DNA from: Thermovirgaceae bacterium | GTDB lineage: Bacteria; Synergistota; Synergistia; Synergistales; Thermovirgaceae | DNA: 52,899 nt | Direction: 5' to 3' | Assembly (NCBI GenBank): GCA_046542505.1 | Contig: JBKHBH010000004.1 | Coordinates: forward strand, 1 to 52,899 | Part shown: piece by piece, positions 18,576 through 28,267 of the stretch | How positions within the stretch are numbered: the stretch's first letter is position 1 | Layout: the number at the start of each line of letters is the position of its first letter | The notes under the pieces: model-generated | Told to the model about the DNA's origin: nothing | The model's input: the letters and a program-made list of their open reading frames with translations, nothing else | Databases searched by the model: none | Made by a program: the position numbers and the translations under genes

Positions 18576-19619
18576 TTATTGACCTCTTTCGTTTTCATCC
18601 TGATGATTCGGCCTCTTCCAGAAACGCCTTTGCGCGGAAGGATGATAATCCGACACTTCCGGCTCGCCTCCAGGACTTTCCCGGGCGGTCTGCCAGCAAT
18701 ACATCACGAAATCCAGCTCATCCGCTGAAGAGACGATAAGTGCTTCCGGCGTGGCTGGGAGAACGGGCGAGCCATACTCGCGTCTTCCGTGGTGACTGAC
18801 GAGAATGTGGCCTATGGCCAGTGACGTTGCGTCGTCGAGTTCGTGCTCCTCCGCCAGCTTGACGAATCGGGCATACCCAAGCGGAATATGGTCAATGACC
18901 GTTCCCGGAACTGTCACTGAAGGAAAAGGGTCCAGCGAATAGGCGTCAAGCTTGCCGATATCGTGAAGGAGTCCGCCTGCGGTGACGATGCCCATGTCGA
19001 CGCCGAATCCGCTGGTACTGTAGGCCGCAGCCAAGGCCCTGGCCCCGCGGGTCACAGCGAGGGTGTGCTCCAGGAGGCCGTGGACGTAGGCGTGATGGTG
19101 TGAAACGGCGGCGGGAGCATTCCGGAATATCTCCCAGAAAGGACCGTCAAAAACCTTCGCGAGAAAACTTTTCACGGGATCCCCGCACCCCCCGATCATT
19201 TCCCAAAGCTCCCGTTCCATATCCTCGAGCGGCACAGGCGACCGTTCAAGAAACATCGACAGCGGGTACTTTCCCTCATCTAGAAGGTAGATTTCGTTAA
19301 ACTGGTACTGGGGTCTGCCCTTGAACTCCGTCACCGTTCCAAAAACACCAACGGGGCTGTTCAGAAGATCCGTCTGGATATCAAGTTTGTCGGGTGCGAG
19401 GGGGGTTTTTTGCCCGCTTCTCGCGTCCCACCATTTGGCGTCGCTCCAGACCTTGGCCTCGAGGGATCCCTCGGTATCCATGATGGCCATCTCCCAGAAA
19501 AGGCGACGGTTCTTGTCAAATCGAGCCTTGACGGAGGCGATGGCCGCCGTCACCTTGAAATTTTTCCCGGGGGGAAGGGCCCTGATGTCAAGGGTCGTCA
19601 TGGCTTTGTCTTCGCTCAC
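18576..19619 (-). CDS. OB-fold + HD-domain 3'-5' exoribonuclease, YhaM family
   Basis: PAA.SHHHAY.HGLLEHT, LLHDIGK, DHI, SHHG..EYGSPV.P.TPEA; GTG start after GGAGG. Confidence 0.85.
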   Translation of the reverse strand: MSEDKAMTTLDIRALPPGKNFKVTAAIASVKARFDKNRRLFWEMAIMDTEGSLEAKVWSDAKWWDARSGQKTPLAPDKLDIQTDLLNSPVGVFGTVTEFKGRPQYQFNEIYLLDEGKYPLSMFLERSPVPLEDMERELWEMIGGCGDPVKSFLAKVFDGPFWEIFRNAPAAVSHHHAYVHGLLEHTLAVTRGARALAAAYSTSGFGVDMGIVTAGGLLHDIGKLDAYSLDPFPSVTVPGTVIDHIPLGYARFVKLAEEHELDDATSLAIGHILVSHHGRREYGSPVLPATPEALIVSSADELDFVMYCWQTARESPGGEPEVSDYHPSAQRRFWKRPNHQDENERGQ

Positions 19620-19639
19620 GAAAAAACCTCCGGTTCCGG

Positions 19640-20854
19640 TCATGCCCCGTATTTCGCGAGGCGACGGGCATGGGCGAGCATGAGACCCATGAGTTTGAAT
19701 GCGGGTATGTTCCCCAGGCTCCCCCGGGCACATGCTCTTTCACTGAAGGCTTCGCTGTCATCGGTCCGCACGAAGGAGCTTTTGAGAAGCATCGGCGACG
19801 GATGCCATGAATGGGAAGCCAGTTTCGCCGGCGTGCTGTGATCCCCCGTTACAGCGATCACATCCGGGCGAAGTTCGAGCAAATCTGGCAGCAGGCGGTC
19901 AACCTGCTCGATCACATCAACCTTGGCGTCAAAATCCCCATCTTCACCCCTGCTGTCAGTGTATTTCACATGAACAAAAAAGTAATCACTGGCGTCCCAC
20001 TGGGATTTCACGATTTCCACAAGATCCGGAAGATCCCGGGCCGGCTCGGCCACCTCCATTCCCACAAGGCTTGCAAGCCCCCTGTACATAGGATAGGAAG
20101 CGACCGCAAGAGGATGAATCCCGTAAAGATCCCTCATTTGCGGGATGTCTGGCACGCCGGAAAATCCGCGGAGCAAACAGCCGTTCGCCTTGTCTTCCCC
20201 TGAAAGGACCTTCCGCACTTCCCGGATAAGGGCGTTTACGGTTTTGGCCGTTTTTTGACCTTCAGGAGCCGTGGCCTCGGACCATTTCATCGGCTTGCCC
20301 TCAACCTGCGGGTCGGCGTCGGAGACGTTTTCGGACAGGTCCTCTCCAGACAGGACGACGACGAACCGGTGTTCGAGTCCCGGGTAAAAGCGGACCTTGA
20401 CGCCGTCGATTTCAGAGATCGAGCGTGACAGCTTTTCTACGAGTTCTCCGCTGGTCTCCGTGTCGATACGACCCGCCCGCCTGTCGAGGATGACATCCTG
20501 CTCTTTCCAGGTGGCGAAATTGCCGCGAGCGCAGATTTCTCCTTTTTTTACCTGCGCTCCTATGCCAAGAGCTTCGAGGATGCCCCGACCGATGGAAAAC
20601 TCAAGGGGGTTATAGCCGAACAGACCGAGGTGACCAGGTCCGCTTCCTGGTGTGATGCCCGTGTCCACGATCTCGAGAAGGCCCGTCTCCCCTGATGCTG
20701 CCAGCTCGTCGAGGTTCGGCGTCCATGCTTTCTCGAGCTCTGTCCGGCCTTCCGGTCCAGGCAATCCGCCGAGACCGTCCATAACGAGCAGGACCATCTT
20801 TGTCTGGTTTCCCACCGCGAGCGACTTCAAAACTTCCAGCCGCGACATTGTCAT
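19640..20854 (-). CDS. apgM: 2,3-bisphosphoglycerate-independent phosphoglycerate mutase (ApgM type)
   Basis: DGLG, TPNLD, PGSGPGHL.LFGY.P, GRG.LEA.G, HVK.TD..GEDG, TGDHSTP, HSWHP. Confidence 0.92.
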   Translation of the reverse strand: MTMSRLEVLKSLAVGNQTKMVLLVMDGLGGLPGPEGRTELEKAWTPNLDELAASGETGLLEIVDTGITPGSGPGHLGLFGYNPLEFSIGRGILEALGIGAQVKKGEICARGNFATWKEQDVILDRRAGRIDTETSGELVEKLSRSISEIDGVKVRFYPGLEHRFVVVLSGEDLSENVSDADPQVEGKPMKWSEATAPEGQKTAKTVNALIREVRKVLSGEDKANGCLLRGFSGVPDIPQMRDLYGIHPLAVASYPMYRGLASLVGMEVAEPARDLPDLVEIVKSQWDASDYFFVHVKYTDSRGEDGDFDAKVDVIEQVDRLLPDLLELRPDVIAVTGDHSTPAKLASHSWHPSPMLLKSSFVRTDDSEAFSERACARGSLGNIPAFKLMGLMLAHARRLAKYGA

Positions 20855-20942
20855 CTGCAAGCACCTCCTGAAAAAGCTCTTCTTGTCGGAAGTTCCATTG
20901 TTTGAACATACACCCCGAAGTCTCGTCTTGTCCACTTTGCCC

Positions 20943-21575
20943 TCACAAGGAGAGCTGTACTTCACGATTGAAGGGCGAATCCGACCAAAAGATGTCTCCA
21001 AGCAAAAAAAGGGTGACTCCATCCTGGTTCAACCTGACACCGGTGATAGAGGCGTTGGCCAGCTCAAAGCGCCAAAAACCCGAAAGGGGAAGCCCGAGCC
21101 AGGCACACAAAAGAACCTTGAGCACGGCGTCATGGCTCACGACGGCAACAGGATCGACATTGCAGGAAGACACCTCTTCCATGGCCTTCAGGGACCGGAC
21201 CTGGACATCTTCGAGGGATTCCCCACCCGGCATGACAACCTTCTGGGGTGTCTCGCGCCAGAGCCTGTAAAGACGCGGCCATCGGCGCGCCACGACATCG
21301 ACCTTCAGGCCTTCCCATTTCCCATGCCTGATTTCACTCAGGCCTTCTTGCACACGGACACGCAGCCCTTTCTTCCGGGCAAGGACGGCGGCCGTCTCCC
21401 CCGCCCTGGAAAGGGGGCTTGACCAGATGGCGGAGAAAGGGATCACAGCCGCCCTTTCGGCCATTGCCTCAGCCTGGGCCCGCCCTGTTTCATCCAGGGG
21501 GATGTCCCGCCCCCCCTGAAAAAGTCCCTGCGCGTTCCATGCGGTTCGACCATGGCGGATCAGGAATATGTCCAT
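20943..21575 (-). CDS. Histidine phosphatase family; likely metal-independent phosphoserine phosphatase (PspA-like)
   Basis: RHG.T.WN...QG, SSPLSRA, EI.HG.WEG, VSH; directly downstream of serA. Confidence 0.8.
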   Translation of the reverse strand: MDIFLIRHGRTAWNAQGLFQGGRDIPLDETGRAQAEAMAERAAVIPFSAIWSSPLSRAGETAAVLARKKGLRVRVQEGLSEIRHGKWEGLKVDVVARRWPRLYRLWRETPQKVVMPGGESLEDVQVRSLKAMEEVSSCNVDPVAVVSHDAVLKVLLCAWLGLPLSGFWRFELANASITGVRLNQDGVTLFLLGDIFWSDSPFNREVQLSL

Positions 21576-21577
21576 CC

Positions 21578-23212
21578 TTAAAGACCTTCCTCCAATCTGA
21601 CCGACTCCGCCCAGAGCAAATCACCCACTGATCTGAGACGCTCGAGCACCGAGGGGTGGACATCGGAGTCGACCTGCAGCACTCCCAGGGCAAGGCCGCT
21701 GCCGTTTTTGCGTCCCAGGGCGAAATTGGCGATATTGATGCCCAGTTCGCCAAGCAATGACCCTACCTTTCCAATTACACCTGGTCTGTCGTGGTTCTGG
21801 AAAACGATCAGGTTTCCCTCGGGGACGCAATCGATCCAGTATCCGTTGATATTGACGATCCTGTGTTTCCCGTCTTCCGTGACGGTTGCCGTGATTTCCA
21901 CCGCTTGGCCCTCCCCGGCGAGCTTTAATTCCACCGTGTTGTGGTAGGTCGATGACGGTCCTGTGCCTTCCTCGACCTGAAGCCCCCGTTCCGCAGCTAT
22001 CAGGGGTGCTGACATGTAACTCGTTTCCGGGCCGTGGCGGACCTCAAGAACTCCCTTGAGGGCTGCAACGGCGTATGCCGAATTTCTGCAGGGGTTTTCA
22101 AAACAGACAATGCTTTCATCATCAAGGAGACCGCCTCTCCTGTTAAGGGTCATGCGCTCCGGTGGGGCTTCCATGATGGACCCAGCAAAAGCACCTATTT
22201 TCCTGGAGAGGGATAGAAACTTTCGCCGCGCAGGTGGCAGACGGTGCTCCATGAAGGGGAGGTTGACCGCATGTTCGTAAGGTTCACCCTTCAGGGCCGC
22301 AATGAGGTTCGACGCGGCTATTTCCGAAACCGCCGACTGGGCTTCCTTGGTGTTGGCCCCGATATGAGGCGTCAAAACGACCCGATCGCGCAGGTCGTCA
22401 GCGAAAAGCGGGTGTTCAACCGGAGGTTCCGATGAATAGACGTCGAACCCGGCCCCCGCCAGACGTCCTTCCCTGAGAGCCCCTGCACAGGCTGTTTCGT
22501 CTACAAGACGTCCTCTGGCACAATTGATCAGAATCGCCCCGTACTTGAAGGCCCGAAGCATCCGCTCGTCGATCATGTCCCTGGTTTCGTCCGTCATGGG
22601 CGTATGAAGGGTGACGACGTCGGCGAGCGCCAGGGTTCCGGCAAGGTCCGGCACCAAAGACACACCAAGGTCCTCCGCCCGTTTCTTCGAGACGTAAGGA
22701 TCGTAGGCCAGGACGCTCATGCCGAAAGCTTTCGCCCGGGCCGCCACACGGCTCCCGATCCTCCCCAGACCTATGATAAGCAGGGTTTTTCCTGCCAGCT
22801 GCGTTCCAATAAAGGGCTTCCTCTCCCACCGGCCGCTGACGAGCGATCGATGCGCCTGGGGAAGTTTTCTACAGACGCCCAGCATAACTGCGAAGGTGTG
22901 TTCCGTGGCGGCAAGGGTGTTCCCCGTCGGCGCGTTGATAACGACGATGCCACGCCTGCTCGCTTCGGTGAGATCGATGTTGTCCACCCCGACACCTGCC
23001 CTGGCTACGGCCCTGAGATGCTTGCCTGCAGCCAGGATTTCTCCGTCCAGAGGAGTCCCGCTTCTGGTGATCATGGCATGAACGTCGGCAACGGCCTCAA
23101 GGAGTTCCCCCCGGGACATGCCCATCCTCTGTTTCAGTTTGACAGAGGGGTCCGAGGAAAGAATCCGGAGGCCCGATTCATGTACAGGTTCGGTGACCAG
23201 AATATCCCACAT
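21578..23212 (-). CDS. serA: D-3-phosphoglycerate dehydrogenase (long form, ASB + ACT)
   Basis: RAGVGVDNID, NAPTGNT.AA.EH, G.GRIG, NCARG, TPHIGA.T.EAQ, DRPGVIG ACT; TGATG coupling. Confidence 0.95.
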   Translation of the reverse strand: MWDILVTEPVHESGLRILSSDPSVKLKQRMGMSRGELLEAVADVHAMITRSGTPLDGEILAAGKHLRAVARAGVGVDNIDLTEASRRGIVVINAPTGNTLAATEHTFAVMLGVCRKLPQAHRSLVSGRWERKPFIGTQLAGKTLLIIGLGRIGSRVAARAKAFGMSVLAYDPYVSKKRAEDLGVSLVPDLAGTLALADVVTLHTPMTDETRDMIDERMLRAFKYGAILINCARGRLVDETACAGALREGRLAGAGFDVYSSEPPVEHPLFADDLRDRVVLTPHIGANTKEAQSAVSEIAASNLIAALKGEPYEHAVNLPFMEHRLPPARRKFLSLSRKIGAFAGSIMEAPPERMTLNRRGGLLDDESIVCFENPCRNSAYAVAALKGVLEVRHGPETSYMSAPLIAAERGLQVEEGTGPSSTYHNTVELKLAGEGQAVEITATVTEDGKHRIVNINGYWIDCVPEGNLIVFQNHDRPGVIGKVGSLLGELGINIANFALGRKNGSGLALGVLQVDSDVHPSVLERLRSVGDLLWAESVRLEEGL

Positions 23213-24360
23213 CACGCTTCCTCCTTCGCGAAAACCTCTAGACATTTCCCGAGATCGGGTTCTTTCACAGGTATTTTCGCTTTTTTACAGGCGAACAAAA
23301 AAGACCCCAGCAAGAGGCAGACTTCAGGCCACCCTTCGCCACAGAAATGACCGATCCTGAGGATGTCGCCCTTCAGTCCGCCCTGGCCGCCGGCAGTTTC
23401 AATCCCGAGATCCCTCAGAATCTCTCTCAGGTCATCGGCACGCTTTCCGGGAATTTTCACCGACGTAACACCGGGCGAACGAAAGGTACCGTCGGTCACG
23501 AAAAGTTCCAGCCCCATACCAGAAAAACCTTCAACCAATGTCCTGGCAAAGCGCCTTGCCGCTTCAAACCGCCTTTCGTATCCGGTTCTTGCCAATCCGT
23601 CGAGCGCGGCGTCCAGGGCGCGAAGGATGGTAACCGGCGGTGTATAGGGAAAAGAGGGTTCTTCCTTTTCCAATGCCGAAAGCAATGCGCTGAGATCAAA
23701 AAAGACCGTCGGAGCGGACAACCCTTTGCTCAAGACATCCCGGGCCCGGCTCGAAAGCCAGAGGATGCCCAGTCCCGGCGGTGCCCCAAGACCTTTCTGG
23801 GAACATGATGCCATGGCGTCGATACCCCATTTTTCCGGATAAACGGGAACCACGCCGAGGGAACTCACTGCGTCGACCAAAACGAGAGGTTTTCTGTCCG
23901 GCAGAGCCCGGCAGATCTCTTCAATCGGATTGAGAACGCCCGTGGAGGTTTCATTGTGAGTCAAAAGCAGGAGATCCGCATCAGGAAAGCTCCGGCAAGC
24001 GTTTGCCACATCGTCCGGAAGACACGCCCGGCCGGGCTCGATATCGAAGGGCATAACCTCGGCGCCCCGCCTTCTGACGATTTCCCTAAAGCGGTCTCCG
24101 AAGACTCCGCAGGAGAAGGAAAGCACCTTGCTGTGGGGCCCGACAAGATTCACCGCCAGTGCCTCCAGGGCCCCCGTGCCCGACCCCGGAACAACGGGCA
24201 CAGGACATCGGGTGCGCAAAAGGTCACGCAACCTGTTCTGGAGCCTCAAAAGCAGCGCAGGGAACTCCCTGCTCCTGTGGCTCGTCACCGGCTCAGCCAT
24301 GGCCGCCTGCACTGCCGCATCAAGCTGAACCGGCCCGGGCGTAAAAAGGTATTTTGTCAT
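23212..24360 (-). CDS. Class V (AGT/SPT-like) aminotransferase; probable phosphoserine aminotransferase
   Basis: LFTPGPV, SHRS..F, SGTGALEA, HNETSTGV.NP, VDAVSS, SQKGL..PPG, RIGH. Confidence 0.88.
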   Translation of the reverse strand: MTKYLFTPGPVQLDAAVQAAMAEPVTSHRSREFPALLLRLQNRLRDLLRTRCPVPVVPGSGTGALEALAVNLVGPHSKVLSFSCGVFGDRFREIVRRRGAEVMPFDIEPGRACLPDDVANACRSFPDADLLLLTHNETSTGVLNPIEEICRALPDRKPLVLVDAVSSLGVVPVYPEKWGIDAMASCSQKGLGAPPGLGILWLSSRARDVLSKGLSAPTVFFDLSALLSALEKEEPSFPYTPPVTILRALDAALDGLARTGYERRFEAARRFARTLVEGFSGMGLELFVTDGTFRSPGVTSVKIPGKRADDLREILRDLGIETAGGQGGLKGDILRIGHFCGEGWPEVCLLLGSFLFACKKAKIPVKEPDLGKCLEVFAKEEA

Positions 24361-24386
24361 GGGATAAAGCCTCCTTTCAAAAGTTC

Positions 24387-24417
24387 AAAAAAAAAGGACC
24401 GGAACATGTCCGGTCCC
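24387..24417 (-). terminator. Intrinsic terminator inside the 5' leader of the serine operon (attenuator)
   Basis: GGACCGGA-CATGT-TCCGGTCC followed by T9, ending about 26 nt before the start codon. Confidence 0.85.
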
Positions 24418-24593
24418 CTCTGGGTCTTTCTGTTTCAGGGCTGGTTAAGGGTTACTCCAGGTGCTCATCGAAACCGGACTCCATATCAGGACATATTCTT
24501 GCGGCGAAACTGCAAGAGCCTGATCCAGAGCCGGAAATTCCGCTGGCAGGAAGAACCGCGGTGCGATTTTTGAGCATCCCATGCGCCACCCTT
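24387..24593 (-). ncRNA. Candidate cis-regulatory leader RNA, class unassigned
   Basis: Long closing stem, two internal hairpins and a terminator/antiterminator alternative; see findings. Confidence 0.55.
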
Positions 24594-24611
24594 TAAAAAA
24601 ACGTTGCGCCA

Positions 24612-24640
24612 TGTATACCACGGATATTTGCTTCGGTCAA
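24612..24640 (-). promoter_or_regulatory. Putative promoter of the leader and serine operon
   Basis: TTGACC-N17-TATACA with TG extended -10. Confidence 0.5.
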
Positions 24641-24763
24641 GCACAAAAGGCTGCGGACACCAAAAGGTGATGAACGCAAAAAACAGGGGGTTTAGCGGAT
24701 GTCGAAAAAGGCGACTTGCTATAATATAGAAAAGAATCAAAGAATCCGAAGGGGGTGTCCCCC

Positions 24764-25402
24764 GTGAAAAAAGCAAAGGCCCTATTGTTGGCGCTGACAC
24801 TCCTGTTCGCTTTGGCCGTTATTCCTGCCGAGGCGGGGATCGACAGTGCCGCCGTCCCCCGGATATGGGAGAGACTGACATCCACCGCCGGTATCTCCAA
24901 TGCGGGTCCCGTCCATATGGAAGAAGAAAAAACGCCGAATGCCTGGGTATCTTTCCAGGGCAATTCATACTCTGTGCACGCTACAACGGGTCTTCTTGAC
25001 ACTCTCAAGACGCAAGACGAACTTGCAGGCGTCCTCGCCCACGAAATCGGTCATATAAAAAGCGGCCACTACAATCAGGTGGTGGGACGAAGCCTCCTGT
25101 GGTACCTTCTCTACAGGGTCGTCAAAGACGAAAGCGATCTTGCCCAAGGTGCCTTCGGGGTCGGAATGGCCCTGGCGGAAGCGGGTTTCAGCAGGGAACA
25201 GGAAATCGAGGCCGATATCTACGGGGTAAAGCTGGCGACAAAAACCGGATACGATCCCTGGGGCCTTTACAATTCCATGTTGCGAATGAAAAAGGCCGGT
25301 TACAAAACTTCTCCGAGCGGATTCAATTCCCATCCACCGACGGACCGCCGGTTGACACGCATCAGACAGGAGACGGAGGCCGTCGTCGCCTCGAGAAAAT
25401 AA
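24764..25402 (+). CDS. M48-family zinc metallopeptidase, exported
   Basis: Signal peptide; PNAW, ELAGVLAHEIGH, FSREQE.EAD, SHP. Confidence 0.9.
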   Translation: MKKAKALLLALTLLFALAVIPAEAGIDSAAVPRIWERLTSTAGISNAGPVHMEEEKTPNAWVSFQGNSYSVHATTGLLDTLKTQDELAGVLAHEIGHIKSGHYNQVVGRSLLWYLLYRVVKDESDLAQGAFGVGMALAEAGFSREQEIEADIYGVKLATKTGYDPWGLYNSMLRMKKAGYKTSPSGFNSHPPTDRRLTRIRQETEAVVASRK

Positions 25403-25505
25403 TACCGAGCTTTCGCAGGAGACAAAAGCCCTCTTGAGGAAGGCGACGGACTTCAGGAAACGGAGGAGAGAAAAAGCCGAGAACAAATTTTTGGAGGGAT
25501 GCACT

Positions 25506-26711
25506 TTGAGTTCGTTTCTGGAACTTCTGTATAGCGAGGCCACCCGGAATTCGAAACCTTCTCCGATCCGGGAAATGCTTCATGTCATCCGGCAGCCGGG
25601 GATGATTTCCTTCGCCGGCGGAATGCCTGATCCCGAAATTTTCCCCGTCCGGCAATTCAAGGAAGCAGCGGGCATTTTCGACCGGGAAGGCAAGGATGTC
25701 CTCCAGTACGGAACCACGGAAGGATACCAACCTCTGAAGGAATTCCTCTGCGAATGGACGGCTCCGAGAATGGGCCGTTCCATCGATCCGGAGGAAATCC
25801 TCATCACCACCGGCTCGACACAGATTGTGGATCTTTTGTGCTGGGCCCTCATCGACAAGGGAGACTGCATCATTTGCGAAGAACCCACCTTTCTCGGCGC
25901 AACTCTCTCCATGTACAACCACGGAGCGGAATTTCTGACCGTTCCCTGTGACAAAGCGGGCATGAAGGTCGAACTCCTGCCGGGAATCATCGAAAGGGCC
26001 AAAAAACAGGGGAAAAAGATCAAGTTTATCTACACCATCGTCAACTTCCACAATCCGCTGGGCTGCGACCTCTCGGTGGAACGCAGGAAAAAACTTCTTG
26101 AAATCGCCGAGGAACACAATCTCGTCATTCTGGAAGACGACCCCTACGGATACGTCCGCTTCGACGGCGAAGACCCGCCGACAATCTTCTCCATGGACAC
26201 TGCAGGCAGGGTGCTTTTCGCCTGCAGCTTCTCGAAAATTCTCGCGCCTGGAACCCGCGTCGCCTGGTGCGTCGGTGACTCCGATCTGATCCGGAAGATG
26301 ACCGTCTTCAAACAGGGCGTGGACGTCTGCACCAGCGTCGTGGCGCAGGCCATGGTCTACGAATACTGCAGACTGGGGCATCTCGATGCCTTTCTTCCAA
26401 AAATCATCGACCACTACCGCAAGAAACGGGACGCTATGGAAGAAGCCTTCAGAACATATCTGCCGCAGGAGGAAGTCCGGTACCAGACACCCAAGGGCGG
26501 CTTCTTCTATTGGCTGGAAACACCGAACATCCAGGCAAAGGAGCTTTTCGACAAGGCTATAGAGAAGAAAGTGGCCTTCGTTCTCGGGGAGCCCTTCTAT
26601 CCAAACGGGGGCGGCGAACACAACTTCAGGATGTGCTTTACCTTTGCGTCACCACAGCAGACGGAAGAGGGAATCTCCAGACTTGGAGACGCCATACGGG
26701 AACTGGCGTAA
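25506..26711 (+). CDS. PLP-dependent aminotransferase class I/II (LysN / 2-aminoadipate transaminase-like)
   Basis: SPIRE, ISFAGGMP, LQYGTTEG, NFHNP.G, EDDPYG, SFSKILAPG.R; TTG start after GGAGGGA. Confidence 0.9.
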   Translation: MSSFLELLYSEATRNSKPSPIREMLHVIRQPGMISFAGGMPDPEIFPVRQFKEAAGIFDREGKDVLQYGTTEGYQPLKEFLCEWTAPRMGRSIDPEEILITTGSTQIVDLLCWALIDKGDCIICEEPTFLGATLSMYNHGAEFLTVPCDKAGMKVELLPGIIERAKKQGKKIKFIYTIVNFHNPLGCDLSVERRKKLLEIAEEHNLVILEDDPYGYVRFDGEDPPTIFSMDTAGRVLFACSFSKILAPGTRVAWCVGDSDLIRKMTVFKQGVDVCTSVVAQAMVYEYCRLGHLDAFLPKIIDHYRKKRDAMEEAFRTYLPQEEVRYQTPKGGFFYWLETPNIQAKELFDKAIEKKVAFVLGEPFYPNGGGEHNFRMCFTFASPQQTEEGISRLGDAIRELA

Positions 26712-26744
26712 CCGGACTGAAAAACCCTTGCTTTGTGCCGGCGT

Positions 26745-26783
26745 AAGCGGGAGAATCCGTGTCAACGGTTCTCCCGCTTTTTT
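26745..26783 (+). terminator. Intrinsic terminator
   Basis: AAGCGGGAGAA...TTCTCCCGCTT followed by a T run. Confidence 0.75.
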
Positions 26784-26857
26784 CCTTCATTCCGCGTTTG
26801 TGGAAGCCGGCGGTTTCCCCGTGATTGACAGAATACTCAACGGACCGGAGGTTCGAA

Positions 26858-28225
26858 ATGGACAGGGACATCATTGCCGCAATCGCCACCGCCTGGGGCG
26901 AGGCGGGAATCGGAGTCGTCAAAGTTTCAGGAAAGGGCTCGCGGGATCTTGTGAAGGGGATTTTCCGCGGAGCGAGACCTCTTTCGGAGGTGCCTGCACG
27001 ACACATGACCTACGGCCGCCTCATTGATGCTTCAGGGGAAGCTGTCGACGAGGTCCTTGCCGTATGGTTCATGCCCCCGAAAAGCTACACCGGAGAGGAA
27101 GTCACCGAGATCCATTGTCATGGAGGCTCTCTGGTGGCTAAAAGGTGCCTTGACGAGGTCCTTTCCGCAGGCGCCAGGATGGCCGACCCCGGCGAATTCA
27201 CCCGGCGGGCCTTTCTCAACGGGCGAATTGACCTGGCCCAGGCGGAATCGGTCATCGGTATCATACGGGCCAGAAGCTCGGAAGCCCTCAAGGCGGCGAC
27301 AAGAAGCCTCTCCGGGGAATTTTCCAAGCGCGTGAGGGATATCTACGAAAAGATCATGGACCTGTGCTCCATCATCGAGGCCGGGCTCGATTTCCCGGAA
27401 GAAGACATCCCGATTTTGGAAAACACCGAAGCGATGAAACGACTTCGGGAACTCGACGGCGAACTCTCCAAGCTCATCGTCCGCGCCAAAACGGGCAATC
27501 TCCTGAGGGAGGGAATCCGAATCGCCCTGGTCGGCCGCCCAAATGTCGGGAAATCATCACTACTGAACGCCTTCCTCTCCGAGGCCAGGGCAATCGTCAC
27601 CTCAATCCCCGGAACGACCCGGGATGTCATCGAGGAAGTGCTCACCCATCGCGGTGTTCCTCTCAGGCTCGTCGATACCGCGGGAATCCGTCGCCCTTCC
27701 GACGAGGCGGAAGCCATCGGCGTGGAACGCGCCCGTGCCGCCCTCCGGGAAGCCGATGTCAGAATATGGGTCATCGACGGGAACGAGCGGCTGGCAAAGG
27801 AGGACAGGGAGATCGCTTCCCAGCTTGCGGGCAAACCCCACATCGTCGCCGTGAACAAGGCGGACCTACCCTTGGCTGTCTCCAGCTCTGATGTCCATTC
27901 CATGTTGCCTGAAAGCACGATCAGGATTATTTCCGCCGAGACAGGATCCGGTGTGGAAGAGCTGAAAAACGACATGGTTTCCCTTTTTGCAGGCGGCGGG
28001 ACTCTTGACGAGGGGTTGAACACCACGGCACGCCAGCTGGAGGAACTCCGCCTCGCCAGACAGGCCCTTGCACACTCTCTTGAAGCTTTTGCCGGCGCCC
28101 TCGGGGAAGACGCCGCCGCCGCGGGCCTCTCGGATGCGAGAAAATGCATGGAACGGATTCTTGGCATCGCCGCCGACGATTCGTTGCTCGACAGGGTTTT
28201 CAAAAATTTCTGCATCGGCAAGTAA
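26858..28225 (+). CDS. mnmE: tRNA modification GTPase MnmE
   Basis: IAAIAT, SYTGE...EIHCHG, GEFTRRAFLNG, GRPNVGKSSL, GTTRD, DTAG, NKAD, FCIGK. Confidence 0.97.
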   Translation: MDRDIIAAIATAWGEAGIGVVKVSGKGSRDLVKGIFRGARPLSEVPARHMTYGRLIDASGEAVDEVLAVWFMPPKSYTGEEVTEIHCHGGSLVAKRCLDEVLSAGARMADPGEFTRRAFLNGRIDLAQAESVIGIIRARSSEALKAATRSLSGEFSKRVRDIYEKIMDLCSIIEAGLDFPEEDIPILENTEAMKRLRELDGELSKLIVRAKTGNLLREGIRIALVGRPNVGKSSLLNAFLSEARAIVTSIPGTTRDVIEEVLTHRGVPLRLVDTAGIRRPSDEAEAIGVERARAALREADVRIWVIDGNERLAKEDREIASQLAGKPHIVAVNKADLPLAVSSSDVHSMLPESTIRIISAETGSGVEELKNDMVSLFAGGGTLDEGLNTTARQLEELRLARQALAHSLEAFAGALGEDAAAAGLSDARKCMERILGIAADDSLLDRVFKNFCIGK

Positions 28226-28267
28226 TTTCACGCATCACCCAAATCCGCCGCGGAAAGGAGGAGAAAA

